64,000 nt of DNA from Vulcanimicrobiota bacterium (GCA_050250895.1 JBFWNU010000001.1:96001-160000); one strand, 5' to 3'. Shown: positions 47,740 to 58,482, counted from the first letter of the stretch. Made by a program: numbers and translations. Notes: generated by a model from the sequence alone, not told the origin.

Positions 47740-48599
47740 AGCGTATCCTCCACAACGGGCAAACTAAGATAGGGACCTTCCCTACGACATCCGGCTTCTT
47801 CCAGCAACTCCAGCAGCAGTTCGGTCGGGGCTTCGAGATGAGCCGGTAGCTCGATGCGACCCCGACCCGAAGTCGTGAGCGATCCCAGTTGATACTCGAG
47901 TTCTTCGAGCAGGTCGATCAACTGGCCGTCGCATTCGAAGTGGGTTACGCTCGGCTCGGCTAGAGGCCCACTGAGCAGTTCGCGCAGGTGGATGGCCGCG
48001 CGGGTCATAGCGCCGGACACCATCTCGGTCGACTCGAGCTTGTCGGGTCCCCCGGCCATGCACATCAGTTCGAACTCGAGCCGAGCCACCGTCAACTCTT
48101 GGCAAGGGACTCTATGCAAGCTGTCGCGCATCTGCCGGCGTCGACCGGCGGTCCGCTCGAGCTGGGATTTGACCCAGGTCCGCCACCGCGACTCTCGAGT
48201 GGCGGCCTCGTGTCGACCGAGATAGGCGGCGGCCCGCTCGACCAGCCGCTCATTAGCGGGATGGCTGACCAGCACGGCGCCTCTCGCGAAACGACAGGCC
48301 AGAGCGGGCCTATCCATACCGAGTGCTTTGGCCAGGCCATCGCCGGCCAACGGTCCGAAACCCGGCTCGAGCGAAGCTCGAAACCGCCGGCCCGGGCGCC
48401 TGGCTCCGGCGGAGGCTTTGACCGCCCAGCGGTCGCCCTCTTCCACCAGCAGATGAGCTTCATGGTGCCCGCCCGGACTCACCAGCCCTTTGAGCACTTG
48501 TAGCTCATTGAGGGTGAAGCCGGGCGACAAGATAGCCTGCTCGTAGGCGGCGACGGTCGACGGCAGCAAAGATGCGATAGACAAGCCCGAGGTCCCCAT
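47736..48599 (-). CDS. Hypothetical protein, possibly a degenerate HisKA_3-type sensor
   Basis: Coupled to the response regulator; RDSLHRVPCQEL resembles a HisKA_3 H-box; no clear HATPase motifs. Confidence 0.5.
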   Translation of the reverse strand: MGTSGLSIASLLPSTVAAYEQAILSPGFTLNELQVLKGLVSPGGHHEAHLLVEEGDRWAVKASAGARRPGRRFRASLEPGFGPLAGDGLAKALGMDRPALACRFARGAVLVSHPANERLVERAAAYLGRHEAATRESRWRTWVKSQLERTAGRRRQMRDSLHRVPCQELTVARLEFELMCMAGGPDKLESTEMVSGAMTRAAIHLRELLSGPLAEPSVTHFECDGQLIDLLEELEYQLGSLTTSGRGRIELPAHLEAPTELLLELLEEAGCRREGPYLSLPVVEDTL

Positions 48600-48747
48600 T
48601 CATGAGTTGACTGGAAGCGGTGGTCGGCCTGCCCGGGCCTCCTATCCGAACCTCCACAAAGTCTCTATCGGCCAAGACCGTAGATTCTCAAGCCCTCAAT
48701 TCCCGCATGAGGAAGGGCAAAAGCCCGTCGACAACCAAACAGTGGTG

Positions 48748-49620
48748 ATGAGCGAAGCGGCTGAGTTCGTAATCTTGACGGGGCTTTCCGGGGCAGGCAA
48801 AAGTCTGGCCATGAAGTGCTTCGAGGATCTGGGCTTTTTCTGCGTCGACAACCTGCCCCCGGTGCTGATCCCCAAGTTCGCGCAACTCTTTGCGACCTCC
48901 AGCTCCAATCGGCTGGCGCTGGTGATTCGCGGCAGCGAGCAGCGCCAGGAACTAAAAGAAGCTCTCGAGCAACTGCCGGCCCTGGGCTTTGAACCCAAGA
49001 TCCTGTTTCTCGAGGCCACCGAAGATGTGCTCTTACGACGCTACGCCGAGTCGCGCCGACGCCACCCCAAAGGTCGAAATCAGGGAGTGCTGCAGGCCAT
49101 TCGTGAAGAGACCCAGCTACTGGCCCCGCTCCGCAAGATGGCCGATCGTATTCTCGACACCTCCACGCTCACTCCCCATCAGCTCATGCGCCGTCTGCAG
49201 AGCCTGTTCAACATGGTCGGCGAACAGAAAATCGCGCTCCATCTGGTCAGCTTCGGCTTCAAACACGGTCTGCCTCGCGACGCCGATTATGTCTTCGATG
49301 TGCGCTTCTTGCCCAATCCTTATTATGTAGAAGAGTTACGTCCGCTGACCGGAATGGACCCGGCCGTCCGCCAGTACGTGCTGGATCGGCCCCAGGCCGA
49401 AGAGTTCCTGGCTCGTCTCAAGGCCATGCTCGACTTTGTTCTGCCCCGTTATTTCGCCGAAGGAAAGCAGCATTTGACCCTGGCCATCGGCTGCACTGGC
49501 GGCCAGCATCGCTCCACCTCGATCTCCGAACACCTGGCCAAGGAATATCGCAAAGAAGGGCACTTCGTCTCGGTCCAGCATCGAGACATGAAGGTCGACA
49601 AAGTCAAAACCCCCTCGTGA
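48748..49620 (+). CDS. rapZ: RNase adapter RapZ (YvcJ)
   Basis: TGLSGAGKS, FCVDNLP, SFGFKHG, DVRFLPNP, GCTGG.HRS. Confidence 0.96.
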   Translation: MSEAAEFVILTGLSGAGKSLAMKCFEDLGFFCVDNLPPVLIPKFAQLFATSSSNRLALVIRGSEQRQELKEALEQLPALGFEPKILFLEATEDVLLRRYAESRRRHPKGRNQGVLQAIREETQLLAPLRKMADRILDTSTLTPHQLMRRLQSLFNMVGEQKIALHLVSFGFKHGLPRDADYVFDVRFLPNPYYVEELRPLTGMDPAVRQYVLDRPQAEEFLARLKAMLDFVLPRYFAEGKQHLTLAIGCTGGQHRSTSISEHLAKEYRKEGHFVSVQHRDMKVDKVKTPS

Positions 49621-50927
49621 GATCCCGATTTCGCAAATGGCTGACGCCGGGCATCGGCATCAAGCGCTGGCTGCTTTTGTCAGTGACCGGGTTGCTTTGC
49701 TTCACCCTGGGCATCCTGGTGCTGGCCGATGTGCCGGCGGACTTTTACTCTTTCCTGAGGGCTCGGGTCTCGATCCGAGCCACGGTGGGGGTTTTCAGCA
49801 TTCTAGCCGGCCTGGTCATCATGGTGGTGGCGCTCTATCGCTGGTTTGGCACCATTTTTGCAGCCGTCGCGCCCAACGAGAAGAAGCTGCTGGTGGACGT
49901 TCTCTACGAGCGCCGTCAGCTCGAACACGGCCTGAAAATCGTGGCCATCGGAGGTGGCACCGGCCTGAGCTGCCTGTTGCGTGGTCTCAAGCCCTATTCC
50001 AGCAACCTGGTCGCGGTGGTCACGGTTAGCGATGACGGCGGCAGTTCGGGGCGCCTATCGAAAGAGCTGGGCGTTCTTCCCCCCGGCGACATACGCAACT
50101 GCCTGGTCTCGCTAGCCGACGACGAGTCGCTGCTGTCGGAGCTCTTCGACTATCGCTTCCAGGACGGCCACGGTCTCGAAGGCCACTCCTTCGGCAACCT
50201 CTTCCTGGCCGCCCTGACCAACATGGCCGGCGACTTCGAAGAGGCCATCAAGATGTCGAGCCAGATCCTGGCCACCCGGGGCCGGGTGCTGCCGGCCACC
50301 CTCTCGACCGTGACCCTGTGCGCTCGCTATGCCGATGGCAGCGAAGTGCGCGGTGAATCGGCCATTCCAACCGCGGGCAAGCCTATCGCCGAGGTCTATC
50401 TCGACCCGCCTCGCTGCCGACCTCCAGCCGAGGTGCTCGAAGCCATCGCCCAGGCCGACGCCATCGTGATGGGTCCCGGCAGTCTTTTCACCAGCGTCAT
50501 TCCCAACCTCATGGTAGATGGCATCGTCGAGGCCCTGCTGGCCACTTCGGCCCCCAAGATTTATGTCTGCAACGTCATGACCCAGCCCGGCGAGAGCGAA
50601 GGCATGGGCGCGGCCGATCACCTGGCCGCCCTGCACCAACACGCCGGCGCACCCGTGGTGGACTATGCCCTGGTCAACATCGAGTCACCCGCTCAGGTCA
50701 GCCTGCTCAACTATAAGGCCCACGGTGCCGACACGGTCGCCCCCCAGTTGGCCGACCTCGAGGCCCTGGGAGTCACTCCCGTGGCCGCTAGCCTGGTCAG
50801 CGCCGACGATCTGGTGCGGCACGATTCTACCCGGCTGGCCTCGGCCCTCATCGACCTCATCGCCCGCCACAAATCAAGAGAAGCCGCGGTGGCCGCGGCT
50901 CCTCGTCATCTACGCGCCGTCAAATAG
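49617..50927 (+). CDS. yvcK: YvcK/GlmR gluconeogenesis factor with N-terminal TM helices
   Basis: GGGTGL, DDGGSSGRL, PPGDIRNC, GH.FGNL, GPGSLFTS. Confidence 0.93.
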   Translation: MRSRFRKWLTPGIGIKRWLLLSVTGLLCFTLGILVLADVPADFYSFLRARVSIRATVGVFSILAGLVIMVVALYRWFGTIFAAVAPNEKKLLVDVLYERRQLEHGLKIVAIGGGTGLSCLLRGLKPYSSNLVAVVTVSDDGGSSGRLSKELGVLPPGDIRNCLVSLADDESLLSELFDYRFQDGHGLEGHSFGNLFLAALTNMAGDFEEAIKMSSQILATRGRVLPATLSTVTLCARYADGSEVRGESAIPTAGKPIAEVYLDPPRCRPPAEVLEAIAQADAIVMGPGSLFTSVIPNLMVDGIVEALLATSAPKIYVCNVMTQPGESEGMGAADHLAALHQHAGAPVVDYALVNIESPAQVSLLNYKAHGADTVAPQLADLEALGVTPVAASLVSADDLVRHDSTRLASALIDLIARHKSREAAVAAAPRHLRAVK

Positions 50928-50930
50928 CCG

Positions 50931-53636
50931 TTACAGGCTGCCGGCTTTGACGATCGACAGCTTGTCGACGGCCAGGTGCCGATTCATCGCTGCCTTGATA
51001 TCCTCGGCCGTGAGCGCTTCGACCCTGGCCATCCACTGTTTCCGCCATTCCATGGTGCGGTCCAGGAAAAGATAGCTTTCCAGGGTGCTGGCCAGGGCGC
51101 CGTCTTTGCCCAGGGAGACCTTCAAGGACTCGAGATAGCCCTTCTTGGCCGCCGCCACCTCGTCGGCCGTGAAGCCTTCAGACAGGGCTTTGGCCAGCTC
51201 TTCCCTGACCGCCACCTCGACTTTGGCCATGTTTTCGGGGGCAGCGATGGCATAGACGAAGAACCGTCCGGATTTATCCAGGGCGTTAGCCGAGACCTGC
51301 GAGCCCACTCCGTAGCTCAGGCCCTCCTTCTGACGAATGCGGGTGGCCAGACGCGAGTTCAAAAAGCCTCCGCCCAGAATGTAGTTGCCCAGCACCAGAG
51401 CAGGATAATCGGGGTCGGTGTCTTGCAAAGCCAGGTTGTTGGCCGCAAAGAAGATGGCATTGGCTTTGTCGGTCACCTGGATGGTTTCGTTGATGGGCCC
51501 GACCAGGTTCGCCTCTTCGGGGATCCGGGCGTAGGCAGCCGGACTCTTCCAATCGCCGAAGAGTTGCTCGAGCAGCGGTTTGATCGTCTCGGGGTCAAAG
51601 TCTCCCACCACTGCGATCTCGCCCTGGCTGGCGCCGTAGAAGTTCTGATAGAAGGTCCTGGCCTGCTCGAGTTTAGCCGCCTTGACCTCGGCGATATCCT
51701 CCTCGAGGGTCGACACGTAACGCGGGTCGCCTTTGGGATAAGGAGCCAGGTGGCGGCGCAGCCTGGTGGCCGCCAGGCTCTGAGGATCGGTCAGATTCGA
51801 CTCGATGTCCGCCAGCGTCCCTCGCACCAGTGTGTCGAACTCGTCTTGCGGAAAGCTCGGCGAGCGCATCACTTCAGCCGTCAGTTTCAACACTTCGGGC
51901 AAATTCTCGCGGGTGGTCTCGAAGGCCGCCTCTAGCGAATTCGTGTCGCCGTCGACGCCCCCGTTGGCTTTCAGCTGATCGAACAGGTCGGCCAGTTGTT
52001 GGCGAGTGTGCTTGGTGGTGCCGCGCATCAGCATCGAGCCGGCGAAACTGGCGGGCGTTTCGAGCCCCTGGAGGTTCTCGAGATTTCCGAAGCGGAAAGT
52101 GATGGTGAAATTGACCGCTTCACCGCGGTTCTTCTTGGGCAGTAAAGCTACTTTGACGCCCGACGACAAGGTATAGCGGGTGACCCTCGATTCGATGTTA
52201 TCGGGGCTGGGGTCGAAAGCCTCGCCGGCCGACATCCCCTCGCGTCCCTTGTAGTCGCCGACCACGGCGCTGAGGTCAGCCACCTCGGGAATCTCGGCTC
52301 GCTCGGGACTGGCGGTGGGAATGAACACACCCAGAGTCCGGTTAGACTGTTTTAGATACTTTTCGGCGGCGGCTGCCACCTGTTCGGGGGTCACCTTCTC
52401 GAGCCGGTCACGGTGGAGGAAGAAAAGCCTCCAGTCGCCCATGGCCGCCCACTCCGAGATTTGCAAGCTGATCCGCTCGCTATCGCGAAAGGTCGATTCG
52501 AGACCTTTGAGAAGCGAGGTCCGAGCCCGCTCGACTTCTTCCGGGGTGGGATTCTTGAACTGTTCCACCACCTTGAACATGGCATCACGCACTTTGTCGG
52601 TCGAGCCGTCTTTGCGCAGCTCGGCCATAAAGAGCATCAGGCCCGGCTCCCGCAACTGAAAGGCCCCTCCATAGATCGAGGTCGCCAGCTTGGTCTTGAC
52701 CAGGGCCTCATAAAGACGTCCCGAGGGGGTGTCCCCGAGAATCTCGCCCAGGATGTCGCAGGCTGCGAAATCTTCGTGAGCGCCTGAGGGAATGTGATAG
52801 GCGGTGGCCACCGCCTGCACCTCGCCCACCCGGCGTAGCGTCACCGAGCGCTCGCCGTCTTGCGTGGGCTCGACGGTGTAGGTCGGGAGGAGCTTGCGCT
52901 CGGGACGAGGCAGGTTGCCGAACTTCTCGGCCACCAGGGCCAGCGTCTGCTCGGGGTCGATCTTGCCAGCCACCATCAAGATCGCGTTGTCGGGCTGATA
53001 GTACTTGTGGTAGAAGGCTTGCAGCCGCTCGATGGGCACCCGCTCGATGTCGCTGCGAGCTCCGATGGTGGCGTTGCCATAGTTCTGCCACAAAAAAGCG
53101 GTCGAGAAGACACGCTCCATCAAGATGCTGGTGGGACTGTTCTCGCCCGACTCGAATTCGTTGCGAACGACGGTCATCTCGCTGTCAAGGTCCTTCTTGG
53201 CGATGAAAGAGTTGACCATGCGGTCACTCTCTAAATCGAGCGCCCACTGCAGATTCTCGTCAGAGGCCGGAAAGGTCTCGAAGTAGTTGGTGCGGTCATA
53301 CCAGGTGGTGCCGTTGGGGCGAGCCCCGTGAGCGGTCAGCTCTTCGGGAACATTGGTGTGATTGGTCGAGCCTTTGAACATCAGATGCTCGAGCAGATGG
53401 GCCATGCCCGTCTCACCGTAGCCTTCGTGCCGCGAACCCACCAGATAGGTGATGTTGACCGTGATCTTCGGCGAAGTCGGGTCGGGAAACAACAACACTC
53501 GCATGCCGTTGTCGAGTTTATATTCGGTAATGCCCTCCACCGAGGTCACCTGTTGCACGCCGGCCGGCAGCGTCTGGGCCGGGGCCACGCCCCAGCCGAG
53601 CAACAGGCAAAAGAGGGTCAACAAAGTCTTTTTCAT
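50931..53636 (-). CDS. M16 (pitrilysin-family) secreted zinc protease
   Basis: Signal peptide; G.AHLLEHLMFKGS; SRL..RIR..EGLSYG. Confidence 0.95.
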   Translation of the reverse strand: MKKTLLTLFCLLLGWGVAPAQTLPAGVQQVTSVEGITEYKLDNGMRVLLFPDPTSPKITVNITYLVGSRHEGYGETGMAHLLEHLMFKGSTNHTNVPEELTAHGARPNGTTWYDRTNYFETFPASDENLQWALDLESDRMVNSFIAKKDLDSEMTVVRNEFESGENSPTSILMERVFSTAFLWQNYGNATIGARSDIERVPIERLQAFYHKYYQPDNAILMVAGKIDPEQTLALVAEKFGNLPRPERKLLPTYTVEPTQDGERSVTLRRVGEVQAVATAYHIPSGAHEDFAACDILGEILGDTPSGRLYEALVKTKLATSIYGGAFQLREPGLMLFMAELRKDGSTDKVRDAMFKVVEQFKNPTPEEVERARTSLLKGLESTFRDSERISLQISEWAAMGDWRLFFLHRDRLEKVTPEQVAAAAEKYLKQSNRTLGVFIPTASPERAEIPEVADLSAVVGDYKGREGMSAGEAFDPSPDNIESRVTRYTLSSGVKVALLPKKNRGEAVNFTITFRFGNLENLQGLETPASFAGSMLMRGTTKHTRQQLADLFDQLKANGGVDGDTNSLEAAFETTRENLPEVLKLTAEVMRSPSFPQDEFDTLVRGTLADIESNLTDPQSLAATRLRRHLAPYPKGDPRYVSTLEEDIAEVKAAKLEQARTFYQNFYGASQGEIAVVGDFDPETIKPLLEQLFGDWKSPAAYARIPEEANLVGPINETIQVTDKANAIFFAANNLALQDTDPDYPALVLGNYILGGGFLNSRLATRIRQKEGLSYGVGSQVSANALDKSGRFFVYAIAAPENMAKVEVAVREELAKALSEGFTADEVAAAKKGYLESLKVSLGKDGALASTLESYLFLDRTMEWRKQWMARVEALTAEDIKAAMNRHLAVDKLSIVKAGSL

Positions 53637-53682
53637 AGGGCCTCCAGCGAGTAGAACCCCTCCGTTCGGTCCCTGTTTCGGG

Positions 53683-54834
53683 TTACCCTTCGAAGCTGAT
53701 TGCGCTGGCCCCGATGCGTCCGGCCAGCCCCTCGAGCGCCTTCTCCAACCGTTTCGACCGGGCAACCCCAGGTTTGACGCCGTTCTCCCACCACAACCCC
53801 CGCACGACAATCTGACTCTGCGGACGCTCGAACTTGGCGTCGAGCCGGCCCACCAACCGCTCCCCCTCCAGAATCGGCAAAACATAGTAGCCATACTGCC
53901 GCTTCTGCTCCGGCACGAAGGCCTCGAAGCGATAGTCGAAATCGAACAGCCAGGCCACTCGCTTGCGGTCTCGCACCAGCGGGTCAAAAGGCGCCAGCAG
54001 GCGCATCCGCGCGGCCGGCTCGCCAATTTCCAACTGCTCGAAGTCGGCGCGAGCATAAAGTTCGCGCCCGTCTACTCTCACTTTAGGCAGATTTTGGTCG
54101 CACCACTTGTCCACCTGGGCCCCGGTGAAGAGGTTCCAGAAGGCCCCGATCTCGCTGGCGGTGCCCACGCCCAGTCGCTCGATGGCGCTGCGGCAGGCCC
54201 AGGCCAGCACTACCTCCCGACCGGGCTTCTCTTGTTGAAGATGCTTTTCGGGAATGACCCGTTCGGTCAGGTCATAGACCTTCTCGAAGCCCTGGCGCCC
54301 GGCGATCATCAACTCTCCCGAACGCCATAGATGCTCGAGAGCCGCCTTGGCGGGGGTCCAGCCCCACCATTTGCCCCGTTGCTCACCGGCCTCGCGAAAG
54401 CTTCTGGTCGGCAGCGGGCCCTCTTGCTCGAGCCGTTGTCGAATTTGCTCCATCATGGCTTCGGGCTCGGCTCCCAGCCGCTCCATCCACCAGCCGTTGC
54501 GCTGGATGCGTTGCTTGAAGCGCTCGAAGCGATAATGCCAATAGGGAAAGTTCTGGGCGGGAATGATCGAGGCATCGTGAGTCCAGTGCTCGAAAAACCG
54601 CCGCTTCTTCTCGAGGAGCTGAGCCAGGAACTCGGGCTTGTAGCCGTCCATCCGGGCTCCCAGAATCAGATGATGGGCCCGTTCGAGCACGTTGATCGAG
54701 TCGATCTGAACAAATCCCAGATGCTCGATGATCTCGGCCGCCCGGTCGGCGCTGGCCTTTCGCCGTGGCGACTCGAGCAGGTCTTGCCCGGCCATGAACA
54801 AGCGCCGAGCCCGGTCCCGACTCAGTTCCGTCAT
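53683..54834 (-). CDS. YcaQ/AlkZ-family crosslink-repair DNA glycosylase
   Basis: QIDSINV..RAH, EHWTH.AS, LLAPFDP, YRFEAFVP..KR.YGYYVLP. Confidence 0.9.
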   Translation of the reverse strand: MTELSRDRARRLFMAGQDLLESPRRKASADRAAEIIEHLGFVQIDSINVLERAHHLILGARMDGYKPEFLAQLLEKKRRFFEHWTHDASIIPAQNFPYWHYRFERFKQRIQRNGWWMERLGAEPEAMMEQIRQRLEQEGPLPTRSFREAGEQRGKWWGWTPAKAALEHLWRSGELMIAGRQGFEKVYDLTERVIPEKHLQQEKPGREVVLAWACRSAIERLGVGTASEIGAFWNLFTGAQVDKWCDQNLPKVRVDGRELYARADFEQLEIGEPAARMRLLAPFDPLVRDRKRVAWLFDFDYRFEAFVPEQKRQYGYYVLPILEGERLVGRLDAKFERPQSQIVVRGLWWENGVKPGVARSKRLEKALEGLAGRIGASAISFEG

Positions 54835-55349
54835 GGGGTGACCGTGACTTCGATCGGCTCCGACACCACCGTGAGCGTGGCTTTCACCTCTTTGGGCCGG
54901 CCTTTGCCGTGCTCCCCCTCGGCGAATTCGTAGTGAACCCTGAACCGATATTGCCCTGGCTCGAGGTCGAAGAAAGCCTGCGGCCCCGGGATCCAGCTCA
55001 TCAGCTCGAGCTTGTCTCCAGGCTCGAGGCCGACTCTATCCTTCTCCCAATCCGGATCATACAGGCCGCAGCGCCCGATTCCGTGCCGTTTGACCGCCGT
55101 CCACCGGTCCCCCTGACGGCGCTCGGCCGAGAAATATACGTACGGCTCGCGCCAGGCCGATTCAGAGCCATCGCCCGGTTTGACCACGGTCACTGTCCTT
55201 TTGCCTCGGTTGATCAACCAGGCCTCGAGTTCGATGTTGTCTCCCACCTTCACGGTAGTCGGACCCTTGGCCCCAACGACGAGCTCGAGCCCATCCTGGG
55301 CCCTGGCCCCCAGCAGCAGCACCAACAGCAACAACAGAGTCTTTCGCAT
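54831..55349 (-). CDS. Hypothetical secreted protein
   Basis: Signal peptide MRKTLLLLLVLLLGARA; ATGA overlap with the next gene. Confidence 0.75.
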   Translation of the reverse strand: MRKTLLLLLVLLLGARAQDGLELVVGAKGPTTVKVGDNIELEAWLINRGKRTVTVVKPGDGSESAWREPYVYFSAERRQGDRWTAVKRHGIGRCGLYDPDWEKDRVGLEPGDKLELMSWIPGPQAFFDLEPGQYRFRVHYEFAEGEHGKGRPKEVKATLTVVSEPIEVTVTP

Positions 55350-55460
55350 GCTCGAGCTTTCGCCGCCCTCCGGCCGTTCTCCCCGAGCAACCTGGCCCGC
55401 GCGCAAAGTCGGGACGTTTGTTCGAAAGGAAGGCCTTTTGGGCCCCAGAAAACCACCGCC

Positions 55461-56039
55461 ATGCGCCTCTTCATCGCAGTCAAACTGCCGACCGACGCCG
55501 CCCAGAGTGTCTCTGAGCTGGTGGAGCGACTGCGTCCGCAGGTCAGGGGAGTAAAGTGGGTCGACCCCGGCCTGATGCACTTTACCCTGAAATTTCTGGG
55601 TGAGACCGAGCCGAGCAGGCTAGGACAAATCCAGGCCGCCCTGGCCCAGGTGCAAGCCGCTCCCTTCGAAGTGCAGCTCGAAGCTGCCGGGGCCTTTCCC
55701 AACCAGGGACGCCCCCGAGTGCTCTGGGTCGGGGTGAGCGACGGCGCTCAGCCGATGAGCTTACTAGCCGAGCAAATCGAGCAAGTGCTTGGCCGTCCCC
55801 GTGAAGAGCGACCCTTCAAGCCCCATCTCACGATCGGACGCATCAAGCGGCCCACCCGCCAACCCGACCTGCAACTGCCCCAGGCTAGATTGGCCCGATT
55901 TCGAGTGGAGAGTTTCGAGTTGATCCGCAGTCAGCTGACACCGGCCGGACCGAAATACCATGTTCTATCAAGTTTCGGGTTGCATGCCGGGGCCAAGGTC
56001 GCTACACTAGGTTGTGAATCTGGTTCAAAGAAAGTTTGA
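55461..56039 (+). CDS. thpR: RNA 2',3'-cyclic phosphodiesterase
   Basis: MRLFIA, HFTLKFLG, PRVLW, PHLTIGR (2H motifs). Confidence 0.93.
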   Translation: MRLFIAVKLPTDAAQSVSELVERLRPQVRGVKWVDPGLMHFTLKFLGETEPSRLGQIQAALAQVQAAPFEVQLEAAGAFPNQGRPRVLWVGVSDGAQPMSLLAEQIEQVLGRPREERPFKPHLTIGRIKRPTRQPDLQLPQARLARFRVESFELIRSQLTPAGPKYHVLSSFGLHAGAKVATLGCESGSKKV

Positions 56040-56092
56040 AAAAAAGTCTCTGAGCGAGAGCGTTCGAGACACTGAAACCGAGGTACACTGGA

Positions 56093-57118
56093 ATGGATAG
56101 AAAGAAAGCTCTCGATATGGCCATCGGCCAGATCGAGCGCCAGTATGGAAAGGGAGCGATCATGAAGTTGGGAGAAGCTACCGCGCGCTTTGAAGTGCCG
56201 GTCATCCCCAGCGGCTCGATCGCCATCGACACTGCTCTCGGCATCGGCGGTTTCCCCCGTGGCCGTGTAACCGAACTCTACGGACCGGAGTCTTCCGGTA
56301 AGACCACCCTGGCCCTACACGTGCTTGCCGAAGCGCAGAAGCTTGGCGGCGTAGCAGCCTTCATCGATGTCGAACACGCTCTAGACCCGCTTTACGCGGC
56401 CAATCTGGGCGTCGATGTCGACGAACTCTACGTGGCTCAGCCCGATACCGGTGAGCAAGGCCTCGAGATCGTCGAGACGCTGGTGCGCTCGAACGCGGTA
56501 GATGTTGTGGTAGTCGACTCGGTGGCTGCCATGGTTCCGCGCGCAGAAATTGAAGGCGAAATGGGCGACACCCACGTGGGCCTGCAGGCCCGCCTGATGT
56601 CGCAAGCCCTTCGTAAACTGACGGCCGTCATCTCCAAGAGCAAGACGGCAGTCATCTTCATCAACCAGATCCGCGAAAAGGTCGGAGTGATGTTCGGCAA
56701 CCCCGAAACCACCCCGGGCGGCCGCGCGCTCAAGTTCTACTCCTCGGTGCGCCTCGAGGTGCGCCGCATGGACTCGATCAAGCAGGGCGGCGAACTGATG
56801 GGCAACCGGGCCAAGGTCAAGGTTGTCAAGAACAAACTGGCTCCGCCTTTCAAAGTGGCCGAATTCGACATCCTGTACGGAAAGGGCATCTCCCGCGAGG
56901 CGAGCCTGATCGACGTGGGTGTGGGAGCCGGCGTCGTCAGCAAGTCCGGCACCTGGTATTCCTATGGCGATGCTCGCCTGGGCCAGGGCCGCGACAACGC
57001 TCGGGTCTTCCTCGAGGAAAATCCGCAGGTCGCCGACGAGATCGAGCGCCAGGTTCGCGCCCTTTCGGGCATGGACCGCTCGACCCGCAACGGCGAAGCT
57101 GTCGCTGTTGAAGCCTGA
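56093..57118 (+). CDS. recA: Recombinase A
   Basis: [35 protein letters not shown]. Confidence 0.99.
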   Translation: MDRKKALDMAIGQIERQYGKGAIMKLGEATARFEVPVIPSGSIAIDTALGIGGFPRGRVTELYGPESSGKTTLALHVLAEAQKLGGVAAFIDVEHALDPLYAANLGVDVDELYVAQPDTGEQGLEIVETLVRSNAVDVVVVDSVAAMVPRAEIEGEMGDTHVGLQARLMSQALRKLTAVISKSKTAVIFINQIREKVGVMFGNPETTPGGRALKFYSSVRLEVRRMDSIKQGGELMGNRAKVKVVKNKLAPPFKVAEFDILYGKGISREASLIDVGVGAGVVSKSGTWYSYGDARLGQGRDNARVFLEENPQVADEIERQVRALSGMDRSTRNGEAVAVEA

Positions 57119-57542
57119 CGAGCTAGAACAGAAGGCCCTCGACCTCCTGTCGCGGCGTGACCACTCTCGCCAGCAGCTTCGCCTGAAGCTGCTGCAGCGA
57201 GGGGCCACCCATGAGGATGTCGAGGGCCTTTTAGCGCGGCTGGCCGAACGTGGCCTGCTCGACGAACGGCGCTTTGCCGATGCCTTTATCCGCTCACGAG
57301 TTCGCAAAGGCCTGGGGAAAGAGCGCCTGCGGCAAGAGCTGATCAGCCGCGGGCTGCCTTCGGACATCGCCGGCACTGCCGTAGCCGAAGCCGAACTGCC
57401 CGATGAAGAAGAGCAGGCTTTCCGCTTAGCCGAAGCCCGCCAGTCCCGCGGCCCCGAAGCCCTCTACCGCTTCCTCCGACGCCGTGGTTACTCCAACGAG
57501 ACCTGTCGCAACGTCCTACGCCGGTTGGCCCCCGAAAGCTAA
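57108..57542 (+). CDS. recX: Regulatory protein RecX
   Basis: [26 protein letters not shown]; follows recA. Confidence 0.88.
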   Translation: MKPDELEQKALDLLSRRDHSRQQLRLKLLQRGATHEDVEGLLARLAERGLLDERRFADAFIRSRVRKGLGKERLRQELISRGLPSDIAGTAVAEAELPDEEEQAFRLAEARQSRGPEALYRFLRRRGYSNETCRNVLRRLAPES

Positions 57543-57871
57543 GCCCGCAGGGTTTCGCGGGAGGGGGCGCGGAGAAGGTTCGCGGGACTCGAAACCGTGG
57601 TGTTCTGACGGCTTTGAACACGGAGAAAAGGAGAACACGGAGAGGTTTCCGGCCTGGGCTACGCGCTACGCGTGCTGCTCTGGCGATTTTTCTTGGTTGA
57701 GGCAGCATGAGATCGGCCAGGCGACAGGCCACTTCCGCACGAAAGCTTGAGTCGCCGCAAACGAGCCGGCTCTTCAGTTCTTGCTTCTTGCTTCGACCAC
57801 GCGCCGCGCCTGTTCCGTGCGGAAGTCGGCTTGCCCCGCGACCGTGGCCGAGCTACCCAGGCTGGCCGGCG

Positions 57872-58086
57872 GCAGGCCGAAATCTCGACGGCGAAGCCAC
57901 GCGGCTCCTTTCTCGACGGCGCAGCCGGCGCTCCCCGTCGGCCGCAGGCCGAAATCTCCGCGGCGAAGCCACGCGGCTCCTTTCTCGACGGCGCAGCCGG
58001 CGCTCCCCGTCGGCCGCAGGCCGAAATCTCCGCGGCGAAGCCACGCGGCTCCTCTCTCGACGGCGAAGCCGGCGCTCCCCGTCGGC
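57872..58086. repeat. 72-bp tandem repeat x3 with GNA-loop hairpins
   Basis: GCAGGCCGAAATCTC at 57872, 57944 and 58016. Confidence 0.9.
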
Positions 58087-58104
58087 GCGAAGCGACGACG
58101 CCGC

Positions 58105-58482
58105 TCAGCCGTCTTCTTTGGGGGCGGCCCAGAGCAGAGCGCCGATGAGAGCCGGTTGCAGTGGTAGGCGGGCCCAGGCCATCCACGGCTCGGAGGGAAA
58201 GCCATGGAACTTCACTCCCGAGACGGCCATGTAAATGTTGGCCGGAAAGACGGCTACCAGCAGGGCCGACAGGCCGAGAGCGGCGCCTCGCTGGGCAGGC
58301 GTGAGCAGACCCACCCCGCCCAGGATCTCGCAGGCGCCACTGATGTAAACCAGCTCACGAGGAAAAGGCAGGGCCGGCGGCACGATGCGCGTGAACGACT
58401 CGGCGTCGGTAAAATGGGCCACCCCGGCGGTCACGAACAGGCCCGCCAGGGCGATACGGCCGGCTAGCTTGAGCAGGTTCAT
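58105..58482 (-). CDS. DoxX-like membrane protein
   Basis: AG.AHF, VY.SG..EI.GG, AVFPANIYM, RLPLQ. Confidence 0.88.
   Translation of the reverse strand: MNLLKLAGRIALAGLFVTAGVAHFTDAESFTRIVPPALPFPRELVYISGACEILGGVGLLTPAQRGAALGLSALLVAVFPANIYMAVSGVKFHGFPSEPWMAWARLPLQPALIGALLWAAPKEDG

Noticed and set aside
56010-56070. LexA box upstream of recA
   Set aside because: TGAATCTGGTTCA and GCGAGAGCGTTC only loosely resemble GAAC-N4-GTTC; spacing or half-sites do not match.
57545-57660. Riboswitch or sRNA after recX
   Set aside because: Only a hairpin and a short AACACGGAGA duplication; no recognisable aptamer consensus.
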